A stretch of DNA of 60,785 nucleotides, filler included, from Porpidia crustulata (Eukaryota): assembly GCA_964255105.1 (NCBI GenBank). It is 4 parts of 4 records of this genome, joined end to end, with 100 filler letters (N's around TTAATTAATTAA, not from the genome) between each part and the next. Parts side by side here need not be neighbours in the genome. Positions count along the whole stretch, not along the records: positions 30,464 to 45,583 come from CAXUWE010000337.1; positions 45,684 to 60,785 come from CAXUWE010000338.1; 2 more parts are not named here. One strand, 5' to 3'. Shown one piece after another: positions 37,508 to 48,740 of this stretch (position 1 is the first letter of the stretch; every line of letters begins with the position of its first letter). Under the pieces are notes generated by a model, which was given only the letters and a program-made list of their open reading frames with translations, was not told the DNA's origin and ran no database searches. The position numbers and the translations under genes are program-made.

Positions 37508-38539
37508 CTAACGTTTCCCCCGCTTTAGGAGTTTTCCACTCATTCCGTGCTGAATTCCTTCGTTCCGTCCGCCTCGAAGAATTGGTGATTGCAACGAATT
37601 TGTCTTTTCTCCATCCAAGCCAGCCATGACTCTTTCCGCCACGCTGCTCCGTATACCTTTGGTTCCAACGGCAAAATTGGGTGTCCCAATCCCACTCGAC
37701 TGTCCAGAATCTGTTGCAGAGACAAATTGGACACTTTCACGGTCAACCCTTACTTTCTCCTCCTCTCCTCTCTTAGTCATTGCTTGTTGGTTCATCATTA
37801 GCTCCTCCTTGAAGGCACAGGTCGGCAACCCGACGGGGTTCCAAATGTCCCTGGACAGTGTTGCATTATACTGATCTTGCTCATCAACACCGGCGGAGGT
37901 CATTAGTTTCTGAAGTAGGCTTGGGTTCCTAAGTGCTGGTGACTTCGCCAATTTTTCGTTAAAATGGATACCTTGCCGCTTGAGTTCTATGAAATGCTCA
38001 AACTTCCTTTCCACACCGGGAGGAGGAGATCCTGGCGGCGATGGAGGTATATCCATATCGGGGACTTGTGGCATCGTCAATTCTCGTAATGAGGTGCTAT
38101 GGGCGATGTATGGCGATTGTGGAGTAGAGTCAAGATTTTCCGTAGATAGCGTGCTCAACGGGGGACGAAATGGCCCGAGGAGACTGCTATTTTGGGCATT
38201 GCCCTGCAACTTTGTAGATCCCTGGGTCTGGTGACCTACTTCAGATCCATGAGTTGCTTCTGTAGCGGTGTCAGAGTAGTGATTGAAGCCGAATTGGAGA
38301 GCATACCGGACTCTGGTAGTAACAGCGACTCATCGATAGCGTGGTCGGAAGTCTAGGTCTATTTCGTTAGGAAAAAATTCGCTATCAATCAAAATGCCCT
38401 TCGGAAACCACCAACTTGAATCGGTTTGAGATTGCCTCAATCGACAAACATCTAATCTACGAACCTTGACTGCGGAATCGCCTGAGATCCCTAGCTCTAC
38501 TTCGCCATCACTACTCTCGTAGCCTACAAGGCCCGACAT
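37508..38539 (-). CDS. HCNGP/SAP30BP-like protein
   Basis: N-terminal GLVGYESSD; IPPSPPG; KFEHFIELKRQGIHFNEKL..S.ALRNPSLLQKL. Confidence 0.82.
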
Positions 38540-38745
38540 TGAAGTGAAAGTGCATAAATCATTCGTCTGTAAATTAGCTATCGCCTACAAGTAATAATTG
38601 GTACGGAAAATGATATCCTCGCTTGCGTATGTGATACTACCTTAGGGTCGTATCAAAAAACACCATATAGGTTTCCTTAAGCTTATGCATCACTCAGCTA
38701 CATCACCTTCCCAACGTAAACCACGCCTTTCATCTACAAGACAGC

Positions 38746-39589
38746 ATGATCTCCCAACTGGACGGAAACACGAACTTGATTGGACCTGGGTACTCCTTCT
38801 CTCAAGCCGCATCTAATGTAGCTGGAGGCAACAAGGAGCACAGCTTCTACCCGTGAGCTCAAAGGTCGTTGTAAATTTAGTATCTAAGCTTACTTCTTCA
38901 GGTATGCAGATAATGGAGGGTCTACGTTAGGCATCACCGGCAAAGACTTTGCTATTCTTGCTGGCGACACTAGGTCAACATCGGGATATAACATCAACAC
39001 TCGTTACGCTCCTAAAGTGTTCAAGATAGGTGGCGATGACGAAACAGGGGAAGGTGCTCACATCATACTCTCAGTAGTCGGCTTTGCAGCAGATGGTCAA
39101 GCTTTGAAGGAACGCCTGGATGCTATTGTTAAGATGTACAAGTACCACCATGGCAAGAATATGTCTGTAAAGGCATGTGCACAAAGGTTATCAACCATTC
39201 TATATCAAAAAAGATTTTTCCCCTACTACGTCCATGCCATCTTGGGAGGGTTGGATGAAGAAGGAAAGGGTGCATTGTACAGCTACGATCCTGTTGGTTC
39301 GTACGAGCGAGAGCAATGCAGAGCAGCGGGCGCCGCAGCAAGTCTGATAATGCCGTTCCTGGATAATCAAGTCAATTTCAAGAATCAATATATACCAGGG
39401 AGTGGTGAAGGACATGCATTGGAGGCGAGGAAGCCAGAGCCGCTCTCGAGGCAAGAGGTGGAACAACTTGTCAGAGATGCTTTTACAAGCGCCGTGGAAA
39501 GACATATCGAGGTTGGCGATGGGTTGCAGATGCTAGTGGCAACAAGAAACGGAATAGAAGAGATTTACGATCCATTGAAGAAGGATTAG
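38746..39589 (+). CDS. PRE7: 20S proteasome subunit beta-6
   Basis: FYPYADNGGS, AGDTR, GFAADG, LYQKRFFPYY, YSYDPVGSYERE, ERHIEVGDGL, LKKD*. Confidence 0.96.
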
Positions 39590-39833
39590 CGAAAAAGTTC
39601 GCTGGCGCTAGGTGTCTTTGATTGTAACATAGCGTCCACTTTCGGAGCGCCTGACATCTTTTCACATTATCCTGGGTCTGCAACATATACCTTGCGAGAA
39701 GTCTGATGCGACCTTTGAATTTAGTAGTGCCGCTCTCAGCAAATGCTTGCCATTTCACCCAAATTCTGATCAGCCTTAAATCATCCCTACCGCAACGCCG
39801 CGCTAGAACCATGCAATGATTCCATGATACTAT

Positions 39834-40764
39834 TTAGAATCGCTTCTTCATTCTTGATGCCACTGTTCGAAGATTGCCGTATACCTTGCCCTACGCAAGC
39901 AATGTATCAGCATCGATATATATCGGTCGAGGTGCATTAGGAGGACTTACTGGAGGGCTACCAAGAATTAGGCTGACAATCGCCTCTCTTGCGATATGTA
40001 TATTTTTAAAGCCACCGAGAATATGTATTTTCTGGTCAGCCAGCACTACCCGAGTACGGCTTGCGTTTTCAATCGCAAACTTGGTCTTCCCGTCCTGGGA
40101 TTTCTTTAGCGATTTTCGTTTGGGAATGAAGAACTCTGAGCCTACCTTTCCAGCAATACGCCCAATCGCTCGACCTAAATGTTCACCATTCAGAGTCTTC
40201 ACATCCTTGATCTCAAACGTCTCGATGTATAAGTCGTCCAATCGTAGCAGAGCAATAGAGTCATCAACATCAAATCCCAGGCTGAACGCTTTCACAAAGT
40301 CCTCTCCTTTCTGCAACACGCCGGAATCTGTTGTGTATTTCGATGTTCGTAACTCTACTGCTCGAGCTTTGACATTCATGCGAACTTGGAGCTTCAAGTG
40401 TTCAACCAAAGGAGGGTATATTTTGGGCCATGCGGACTTGAGGGGGGTCATGCGGTGCGGGGGAATGAGTACTTTTCGGCTTTCGATTTGGTGGGCCCGG
40501 TCGACGGACTTTGCCAGGGGAAACTTTGGTCTCCCTTCCTCGTCAATTTTCATTTCTATATCCTCTGATCGCATCGGCTGTGGTGTCAAGGTGGGTAGGG
40601 CAGAAGCTGTTGCATCGACAAGGAGCTCGTCATTCTCAACTAACATTGAGGTGAGCTAAGGACACAATGTTGTGTTACTTACGCCTACCTTGTTCAGGTA
40701 ATGGTAATGCATCCGCATTAGTAGGCTCATCTGGATGCCGACGCAAAGCTGTTGGCGCAGGCAT
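39834..40764 (-). CDS. PNO1: Pre-rRNA processing KH-domain protein Pno1/Dim2
   Basis: RKVLIPPHRMTPLK..WPKIYPPLVEHLKLQ, RAIGRIAGKDGKTKFAIENASRTR, GSPPGKVYGNLRTVASRM. Confidence 0.96.
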
Positions 40765-40841
40765 TATGGTAGATGAAAATTGTGCAGCGCACTATTTCGT
40801 TTCTTCCCGACAATGGAACACGGGTGTGGCCCGTGCTTTGT

Positions 40842-40848
40842 CTCATCG
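40842..40848 (-). promoter_or_regulatory. Possible PAC element (CGATGAG) in the PNO1/MDM31 bidirectional promoter
   Basis: CTCATCG on the + strand ~80 bp upstream of a ribosome-biogenesis gene; the motif is short and could occur by chance. Confidence 0.4.
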
Positions 40849-40989
40849 GGGTCTTTCTTTTTCACGTCATTTGCACACGAGCAGCTCGGCCTTTTATGAA
40901 AACTTGAATCTGTGTACCATTACCACTTCTGCATACATTTCACGTACTAAAAATGTTTTCAAGATCTTACACCAACAAAAAAGTCAAGG

Positions 40990-43288
40990 ATGAACGGTAG
41001 TCTGGGACGCAGATTGTGCGCCAGAGGCCCGGGGACATGGAATACCTCCTCGTCCAGTCTCCCAGCTCGTATATACCCCGTCCCCAGATGTACCCTACAC
41101 ATTTTACATGCAGACCAAATTTGGGCACTCAACTTGAGTAAACGGTCCAATCCATCCACAAATTTCTACTCTTCGACAACCAACCCTAGCTTTAACATGA
41201 GGCTTAGTTCAAACAGCTCTCAGACTCTGACAAAACGCTCTTGTTTATTAGGGGCACGTTCAATAGAATCAGAACATGGACGAGATTTTAGGAATACTTT
41301 CAGTATCGGTGGTGAGGCTTTTGAAGGACCAAAGTTTTCGAAACATTTGCAACTTCATCACAGGGTCAGGCGGCGGACAACGTCAAATGACGGAATTAGC
41401 CATGGATTGTTGTGGAGGCGATTTAAAGGCTCGCTATCTTCCGATCATGATCCACAGGCATCTCAGAATGACTCCACAACAGAGAGATCAACCATAGAAG
41501 AGCCTGAGGGAACGCCTGAAAGCCGGGCCCCCCATCATAGTATTGCGGGAGCAATGACCAACAAGCATCTAATGGACCGCTTACCAAATATGGTGAATAT
41601 TCATAGACCAAGTAAGGAAGAACTGCTTGCGGCGGCCACAGGCTTTTGGTCGCGGCTCAAAGTTCGGTTCAAGTGGTTCTCAATTAGAAGTGCACGGCCG
41701 TTCAACGCAGATGAAATTGGTGCGTTCTTCTCTTGGGTCTTACTAGGCCATGTTTTATGGATTGTTCTGGGTACCACAACCTTCTTCTCACTCGCCATAT
41801 TTGCGGTCAACACAGTCTTCGCTCAAGAGACCCTAGCCCGGTCGGTGGGCAACTATCTCACGAAGTCCTCCGGTGTCAAAGTGGTATTTGAGTCGGCAAT
41901 CGTGCCCAAATGGAATGATGGTGTCATCACATTCAAGAATGTTTTCGTTTCCAGACGTCCGGGTCAAGGAACTGGAAGAGTAAGCAAAGGATCTCAGTCG
42001 ACTGCTGCAGCTGCTGCGTTTGCCGCGGCATCTGTAGATCGAGCGAGGGATTCAGGAGACGCATCAATATTTGGACTTTCGCCGGATAGCGAAGAGGCAG
42101 AAGACACGAACTACACACAATTTGACCTTTCAATTGACACTGTCAATGTCACCCTATCTTTCACAAAATGGTTCAATAGCAAAGGGCTATTGCGTGACGT
42201 CGAAGTCAAAGGTGTTCGAGGTGTAATAGATAGGACTAACGTCCACTACACTGGAGAATATGTTGACCCCAGAACATACAAGCATGAGCACAATCCTGGC
42301 GACTTTGAGATAAAGTCTTTCAAGATGGATGATCTCTTGGTCACCGTTCATCAACCCCGCAAATTTCGACCTTTCTCGATTAGCATCTTCACATGCGAGC
42401 TATCTCAACTACGGAGACAATGGCTCTTCTATGATTTCTTGTCTGCAAATGTAATGTCCGGATCTTTTGACGAATCACTTTTTACCATTCACCCGCGCCA
42501 GATGCATGGCTACGCAGGAACGCAGCACAGTAATGGGATCGAAGCGAAAAGCAAAGCGGAACCGTGGAAAAAGCATAGCAGACTTAGGATAGATGGACTG
42601 AATATAGATCACTTAAATCGTGGCGTTGAGGGCCCGTTCTCCTGGATACACGAGGGCAATGTCGACATCGTGGCCGATATCATGTTTCCTGCAGATAACG
42701 ACGAGAGTATTGCAAAGGTCATGTCTGATTTCTACGACCGTATGGAAGCTACTGTTACTTCGAATGGGAATGGTCACCGAAATGGAAGTTCGACTACAAT
42801 AAGTAACGACAACCTAAAAAATAACGAAGGTTTGCATACCCAGTCTAGGCCAAGCTCGGACGACGATAAGCGGTTCCTAATAATGGATTTGAGGGTTCAC
42901 CTCAACGACGTCCGCGCTATTGTTCCGCTTTTCACTAAAGACCTATCTTATGTTAACAATGCTCTAATTCGGCCCATTGTGGCGTACATTAACTCTCGAA
43001 AAACTCTTATCCCAATTAATTGCAGGGTGGTCAAGCGCGTTGGCGAATTTGACGGTAGCTGGACCATCTTCGATAGTGGTCTGATGGATGACTTGTCGGC
43101 AGAAGTAAGCTCGTTAGCAATCTCCAGTCCTCAGTCAGTCTCTAACGTATCCGCAGACTTATCGGGCATTTGCTAAAGATGTCACGAACGACCAGGCACG
43201 GCTCCGGCGTTTCAAGAAGGTTGGGTTGTGGTCTTTGCAACTTACTATACAAGCCCTTTTCATGGGTATGGCTGGAAATATTGCATGA
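40990..43288 (+). CDS. MDM31: Mitochondrial distribution and morphology protein Mdm31
   Basis: KEELLAAATGFWSRLKVRFKWFSIRS.RPFN, FESAIVPKW, YTQFDL, RIDGLNIDHLN; final exon after an intron at ~43105-43157. Confidence 0.94.
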
Positions 43289-43666
43289 TATAGAAAGCTT
43301 TGGGGGAAGTTTACGGCGCATTAGTATTGGAATTCACAGAGTTTGTACAGTTGTTGGGGTGGGGCAGATGAAACTAGGCCGTTGTAACATACCATTGTAC
43401 ATATAATTTGCCATGGTAAATACGAGATGGGCTGTCTGGGACTTCTGGAGGAGAGGGTAAGTAGTATTGCTACTCCTGAGCAAGGCGATCAAGATCATTG
43501 AATTGCTCGAGGTTGCTGCCCTGATCGTTCAAGACATCCACGCAGCATATCGGTGCCAAAATGAACGTAATTGGTTGCATTGGGGTTTAAATGACCTACG
43601 AATGCCTAATTACTTCAACTCGGCCTCCCTCAGCGCTCATTTCTTCCATACAATTTCACTAGACTT

Positions 43667-44807
43667 ATGTCGTCGAAAATCTCCTTGGCAGCCAGCAGCG
43701 GCTTCGCCAATGCCACTCGTTATGATGCCCATCGCCCCTCATTCCCCCAGTCTGCAGTCCAGTCACTCCTGACCAATCTCCGCGTCAGTGGTGTCGAGGG
43801 CGCTTGCGTGCTCGACTTGGGCGCCGGTACGGGTAAGTTCACAGAACTGCTGGCTCAGAGGGATGAAGGGTTTGAGATCATTGCCGTGGAGCCGCATGCA
43901 GGCATGAGGAGGGAGTTGGAAAGAAAAGGGTTGCGGGGAGTGAGGATCTTGGAGGGAGAAGCTGCGAAGATTCCGATGGAGACGGGGAAGGCGGATGCGG
44001 TCGTGGTAGCACAGGTGGGTCTGTTCTTCACTACTTGAGTTACTGGACTATGCATGGAAGGTGATGATCGTTCAATCTACTAGGCATTCCATTGGTACGT
44101 GAGCTTATTGCATCGACCTGGAGATTTTCAAATAATACAAACACCATGAACAGAATTAGGAATAACATTGATTCACTGTAGGTTCGCGAATGATGAAGCG
44201 CTGAAAGAGGTTCACAGAGTTCTAACGTCCGGAGGGGTACTAGCTATGATCTGGAACATCGAAGATTGTGAGTGACTTTGTGTCTTCTCGAGCACACGAG
44301 TACACTCATCATTCGTAGACAACGCTCCCAAATCTTGGGATCCCACTACTGAATGGGAATCGAAGATCAAAGACATCACATGGTCGTTTGATGATGATCA
44401 TCCACGGTTTAGGCATGAGCAATGGCAGCAAGTGTTTGAGAAGCAGCTGCAATCAAATCCCTTTAGTATCCAATCTGCGGACCCTTTGTTTTCTCTGCCT
44501 CTGGGAAAAGATCATTTTAAGTTTACTTATTGGCTTACTCCACAAGGCATATGGGAGAGATATAATACTTTAAGCCAGATTGCCATTTTAGAAAGCGATG
44601 AGCTAGAGGTGATCCGGCACTGCTTCTTTTCATCGTTGATCTCGAGTAACTAATTGGATTCGACAGAAAGTCAAGATACAGGTTTTTGAAGCAATATCTG
44701 GGCCAGATGTTAAGAAGAACGAGAAGGGTGAGGTTGCCTTGCATGGATGCACGTTCTTTTGCTGGACCAATCCAGTACCTGGAGGCCCATTGAAGGAGGG
44801 TGGATAG
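43667..44807 (+). CDS. Class I SAM-dependent methyltransferase (Methyltransf_11-like)
   Basis: YDAHRPSFP, VLDLGAGTGKFT, AVEP, VAQAFHWF (11-nt micro-exon 44084-44094), HRVL..GG.L.MIWN. Confidence 0.9.
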
Positions 44808-44931
44808 GTATTGTCTTTTGTGGACATCTTGCACCTCAAGCCTGACATTTTGCTACCCCTTTCCTAGCTTGGGACTAGCTTCATATTGAAACGCCATTGC
44901 TATGCTCTTTGCGAACGTTTAATCCACTTTG

Positions 44932-45288
44932 TTATGAGTCTGAGGAGATATACATAACTAGTTTTCAATTAGCCCTCACCAATCTCTGGATTTAGGGACT
45001 GTAGATAGGAAAGTACCATTATTGCCTCGCACAAAGGCATCCCCATAGCTTCTTTTAAATTGCCCATTCACATACTCCTCGGTCTTTTCAAGCGCAATAT
45101 TCATGTAGCCGTCGACTGACTGGAGCTCCCCTTGTAAAAGATTCAGTGGATAGTTCAATTGGGACTAGGTTCGACATCATGCCTTTGTAGACAGCACCAG
45201 AGTTCAGCTTGACCGTGACAGGTGCCCCGATTATCTCGCTGAGGAACCCTGAAGGATCTTTGCCCTCGGAGCTCGCACCATTCTCCAT
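44932..45288 (-). CDS. LSM6: U6 snRNA-associated Sm-like protein Lsm6
   Basis: DPSGFLSEIIGAPVTVKLNSG.VYKGELQSVDGYMNIALE..YGDAFVRGNNVMYIS; the first intron is GC-AG. Confidence 0.95.
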
Positions 45289-45509
45289 TATCGAATTTTT
45301 AGCTTGCTCGGTATTTCTGGACTACTGATAATGCCAGTATCGTGCAGGTTTAAATCACCAGAAGTCGCTGAGTTAATATTGTACTTTATAGATCAGATCG
45401 AACGGCAGACCCTGATTCGTCACTTTCGCATGAACGCTAGACGGGATTTTTTTTTCTTTTTCCTTCATTTTTACGTGCTTATGCAGCCTAGGGCTATGAA
45501 GCACGGTGC

Positions 45510-45530
45510 TATCTAATCTAATCTAATCTA
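45510..45530. repeat. Short (ATCTA)4 microsatellite near the contig end
   Basis: tatctaatctaatctaatcta. Confidence 0.6.
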
Positions 45531-45583
45531 GACTAAATATAGATATCACAATTCAGTGTATGTACGAAAATTCCAAGTGGAAT

Positions 45584-45683
45584 NNNNNNNNNNNNNNNNN
45601 NNNNNNNNNNNNNNNNNNNNNNNNNNNTTAATTAATTAANNNNNNNNNNNNNNNNNNNNNNNNNNNNNNNNNNNNNNNNNNNN
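45584..45683. other. Artificial contig spacer
   Basis: N44-TTAATTAATTAA-N44. Confidence 0.98.
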
Positions 45684-46906
45684 CATCCCCTCCAACGCTT
45701 CGTCCCTCGCCATCTTCGTCTTCTGCAACACGCTCTGCATGCTGCCGAGTACCTTCTCGGCCGCCTTCGCAAGTGGCAGATCCACGGCTTCGACGTCATC
45801 CGGCGACACCCACGATTTCGTCTTGCTAAGGTTGGCGCGAGTAATGGCTTCGCGGAGGCGCACAACAATGAGCGCGGCGAACATGTCACCGGTGCCGCTG
45901 AAGAAGCAGTCGATGGCTGGAACGTCTATGGTGAAGAGGCGGGGGGACCGGTCGGAGCGGGCGGTGGAACCGACGACGGATATGATAGGGGACGAGGGTT
46001 GGAAGCGGACGGAGGTGACGATGATGTGAGCGATGTTATGAATCTGGTGGAGCTTCGAGATCGCGTTTGCTAGGGTAGGGAGGGAGGTGATTTGGGTGTC
46101 GGAGAGGAGCCTGGGGATCGCAGGATCAGCCTAAATTACCTATACAATCGGCAGAAGAAGGGCTTACTCGGCTTCGAATTGGTTGGGCAAGATGAGATCG
46201 GCGTCGCGCAAGAGGTTCTTGTAGAATGGTACGACATCTTCGCTCACATAGATGTGTCCATTATCGCCCATCACAGGATCAAGCACTAAAACTTGTCAGC
46301 CAATGCCTACGGCTGTTCTTAGAGCACTGCATCTCCACACCCCAGAAGAATGTCCCCGGCTTCGTCGATGCTTTCAGCTTCAGGTCTCTCGCTATCGACC
46401 CAACAGCCTGTACAGCTTCCGCGCTCGGCGCATAACCCGACAGCAAAATGTCAAAGTCCGTCAGGTAATTCTGCTTGAGCCCGCTGTAGATTTCTGCAAT
46501 CTCCTCCGCCGCGGTCTTGGTACCCTTCCATTGCTTGTAGGCGGTATGATTGCCTGCCCCGTGTCAAGCATGGTAAGCAATTCAAGATGCGCGTTGGTTG
46601 GAGGGAAAGGCGGATCGCGCGGGCGAGTCGTACTGTATTGCACCGTGTTCAATGCAGCTACCTCGCACCCCAAAGCTTGCATGACGAATGCAGCCATCGT
46701 GTTCCCCACATGGCTATGTCGCGTCAGGCCAGTTGAACTCGAGTGCTAGTACCGCTGCTCTGTGTAGGAACTAATGTGACTCACCCGTAGACGACCTTAG
46801 AAAGTACGTGTCAGCCACTTCCACGGGGCGGAGATGTCAATGGCGTGCCTACATGACTGGCGATGGCTAATACCCTCGTCTCGGGGACAAGAGGGTCCGT
46901 AGACAT
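45684..46906 (-). CDS. BUD16: Pyridoxal kinase (Bud16/PdxK), 3' truncated
   Basis: RVLAIASHVVYGHVGN (11-nt micro-exon 46785-46795), LNTVQ, VLDPVMGDNG, LPNQFEAELLS, FSGTGDMFAAL. Confidence 0.92.
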
Positions 46907-47224
46907 TGATGAAGGCTTTAGGGTTGGTCAGGTAGGAGTCAGTGTCGCGCAAATGGGAGGGATCCTTGAAGCGAGATGATCTTGGTGTTTGCTCTCTGTT
47001 TTTGTATAAATGTAACTTTGTCATACGACATCTCTCAACCTCAAGACCATCAACTAGCAATGAAGTAGCTATCAAATAGGTATGTTCGAAACGCTCGCAC
47101 CGCTGGCGCCTGTAAATAACACAAGAGCCGTTCCCTATCCTGAACGCTGTTTGTCGTCCCCTCATGCTGTCATCCGAGTACTAAATAAATGCATCCCTCA
47201 TCATTCAGCTACTGCGCGATGAGA

Positions 47225-48218
47225 TCACTCCTCGTCTCCAATCTGAAGGACGAAATATATTAGTAGAATTCTCAAGGAAGGTCTTTGCACGATTTCGTAC
47301 CTTTGGTGCCAAGTAGAACCTCAAGTAGCTGTTTGACGCTAGGGCATACTCAACCAGTAAAGGTACCTCATTCGATAAACATAATTTAACGGTACCCGAT
47401 AGACCACTTGCTTTGCAAAAGTTGACCAAGTATTTGAGGGAGAACGTCAAAGCAACGGGTTCTGTCAGGCTGATGTCAACGTTCAATTCTGGCTTCTCTA
47501 CATTGGTGTGGCTTCGTAATGTGACTGCTCCATTGCCGATATCCCCATTGCATGAGAATTTGACACCATCTTTTGTAGCTTCAATAGAGACTAAAAAGCC
47601 AATCAGCATGATCATGAGCAGCTCACGAAAGCTGACATACCCGATTCAGACAGCGCCATTAAGTCCCTACAAACTCTCTGAAACTCCGCCGAAGGCATAG
47701 AGATAGTGGCCGCATACTCCGTCTCGGGAATGCCCAAGTGCTCCTGATCGATGTCCATGAGCTTGATGTCATACTCGCTCAACCTATCGCTCTCGCTGCT
47801 CTCAAACACCAGGTTCACAACATCCGGCGCATCGGTTGCCTTCAGGGTCAAGATATCCTCATTTTGAGCACACCGTAGAACCTTCATGAGCGAACTAAGG
47901 TTGATTCCCAGGGCAATGTTGCGGTCGCAGCGGTATGGGGAGAAAGACTCTGCTTTGAGCATCATAGAAACAAGGGCGACATGGGAGTTGTCCATGGCTT
48001 GAAGGGCGATACCGGAATCATTGCAATCGAAGTTGCAATCTTGCACGAGGTCTTTGATAGCATCGACGACCTAAACGTTTCAGCACAAAATTAGAGATAT
48101 GGACGGAGCAATGAAGTACCTTTTTGAGCAAATTTGCTTGCTCAAGCCGTGCCTCAAGCACTGGTTTCGCACTATCAGTATTTCCTTCTGTGTAGGCAAA
48201 CGCACTAGGAGACTCACT
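47225..48218 (-). CDS. POL30: Proliferating cell nuclear antigen
   Basis: [48 protein letters not shown]; the start codon is split A|TG by intron 48161-48217. Confidence 0.97.
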
Positions 48219-48370
48219 CTTGGGTGATTGAGTGTGATTTGAAGCTGGGGGATTTGATATCTTGCGGTGGACTTGTAGAGACGCCCAGAAATTCTCCAGA
48301 CGAAATGATACAGAGCTGAATTTCGAGGCGATCAAATGTTGATACTTGCAGATGCACGGGAGCTACGGAA

Positions 48371-48398
48371 TCGCGTACTGGTTCGCGAAGTCAACGCG
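48371..48398. promoter_or_regulatory. Cluster of MCB-like (CGCG-core) G1/S elements upstream of PCNA
   Basis: TCGCGT, TTCGCGAA and ACGCG within 28 bp, ~150-180 bp upstream of POL30, a classic MBF target in yeasts. Confidence 0.6.
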
Positions 48399-48740
48399 CA
48401 AACGACACTAAGTTATAGTGGCTCTCGCTTCTTCACGTGACCATTGGAAAGAAGGGGATGAATTCTACAGAAGAGGGTGACTCTTGTGATGAAGACTCAT
48501 CACTCATTGGAAGATCTGGACGAGGTATCAGAGTTTGGAATCTCACAAACTACCATGATCGTGGTCTTTCGCCATGGCTTTGGTTCTAAATAGTACAATC
48601 ACTACTACCATACATTGTGTCCGCTACAAATCATAATGTAAAGGGTATCAAGCGCGCAGCTCTGTATATGTAGTGCGATAAATGCATGCAGCGGGGCAAG
48701 ATTCGTCCTCGCAAGCAAAGACATAGCAATCATCATATCG

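Noticed and set aside
39874..40659. 261-aa ORF antisense to PNO1, and similar antisense ORFs over the WSC, PCNA and kinase genes
   Set aside because: Shadow frames of real coding sequence; several read through introns or start at TTG/GTG.
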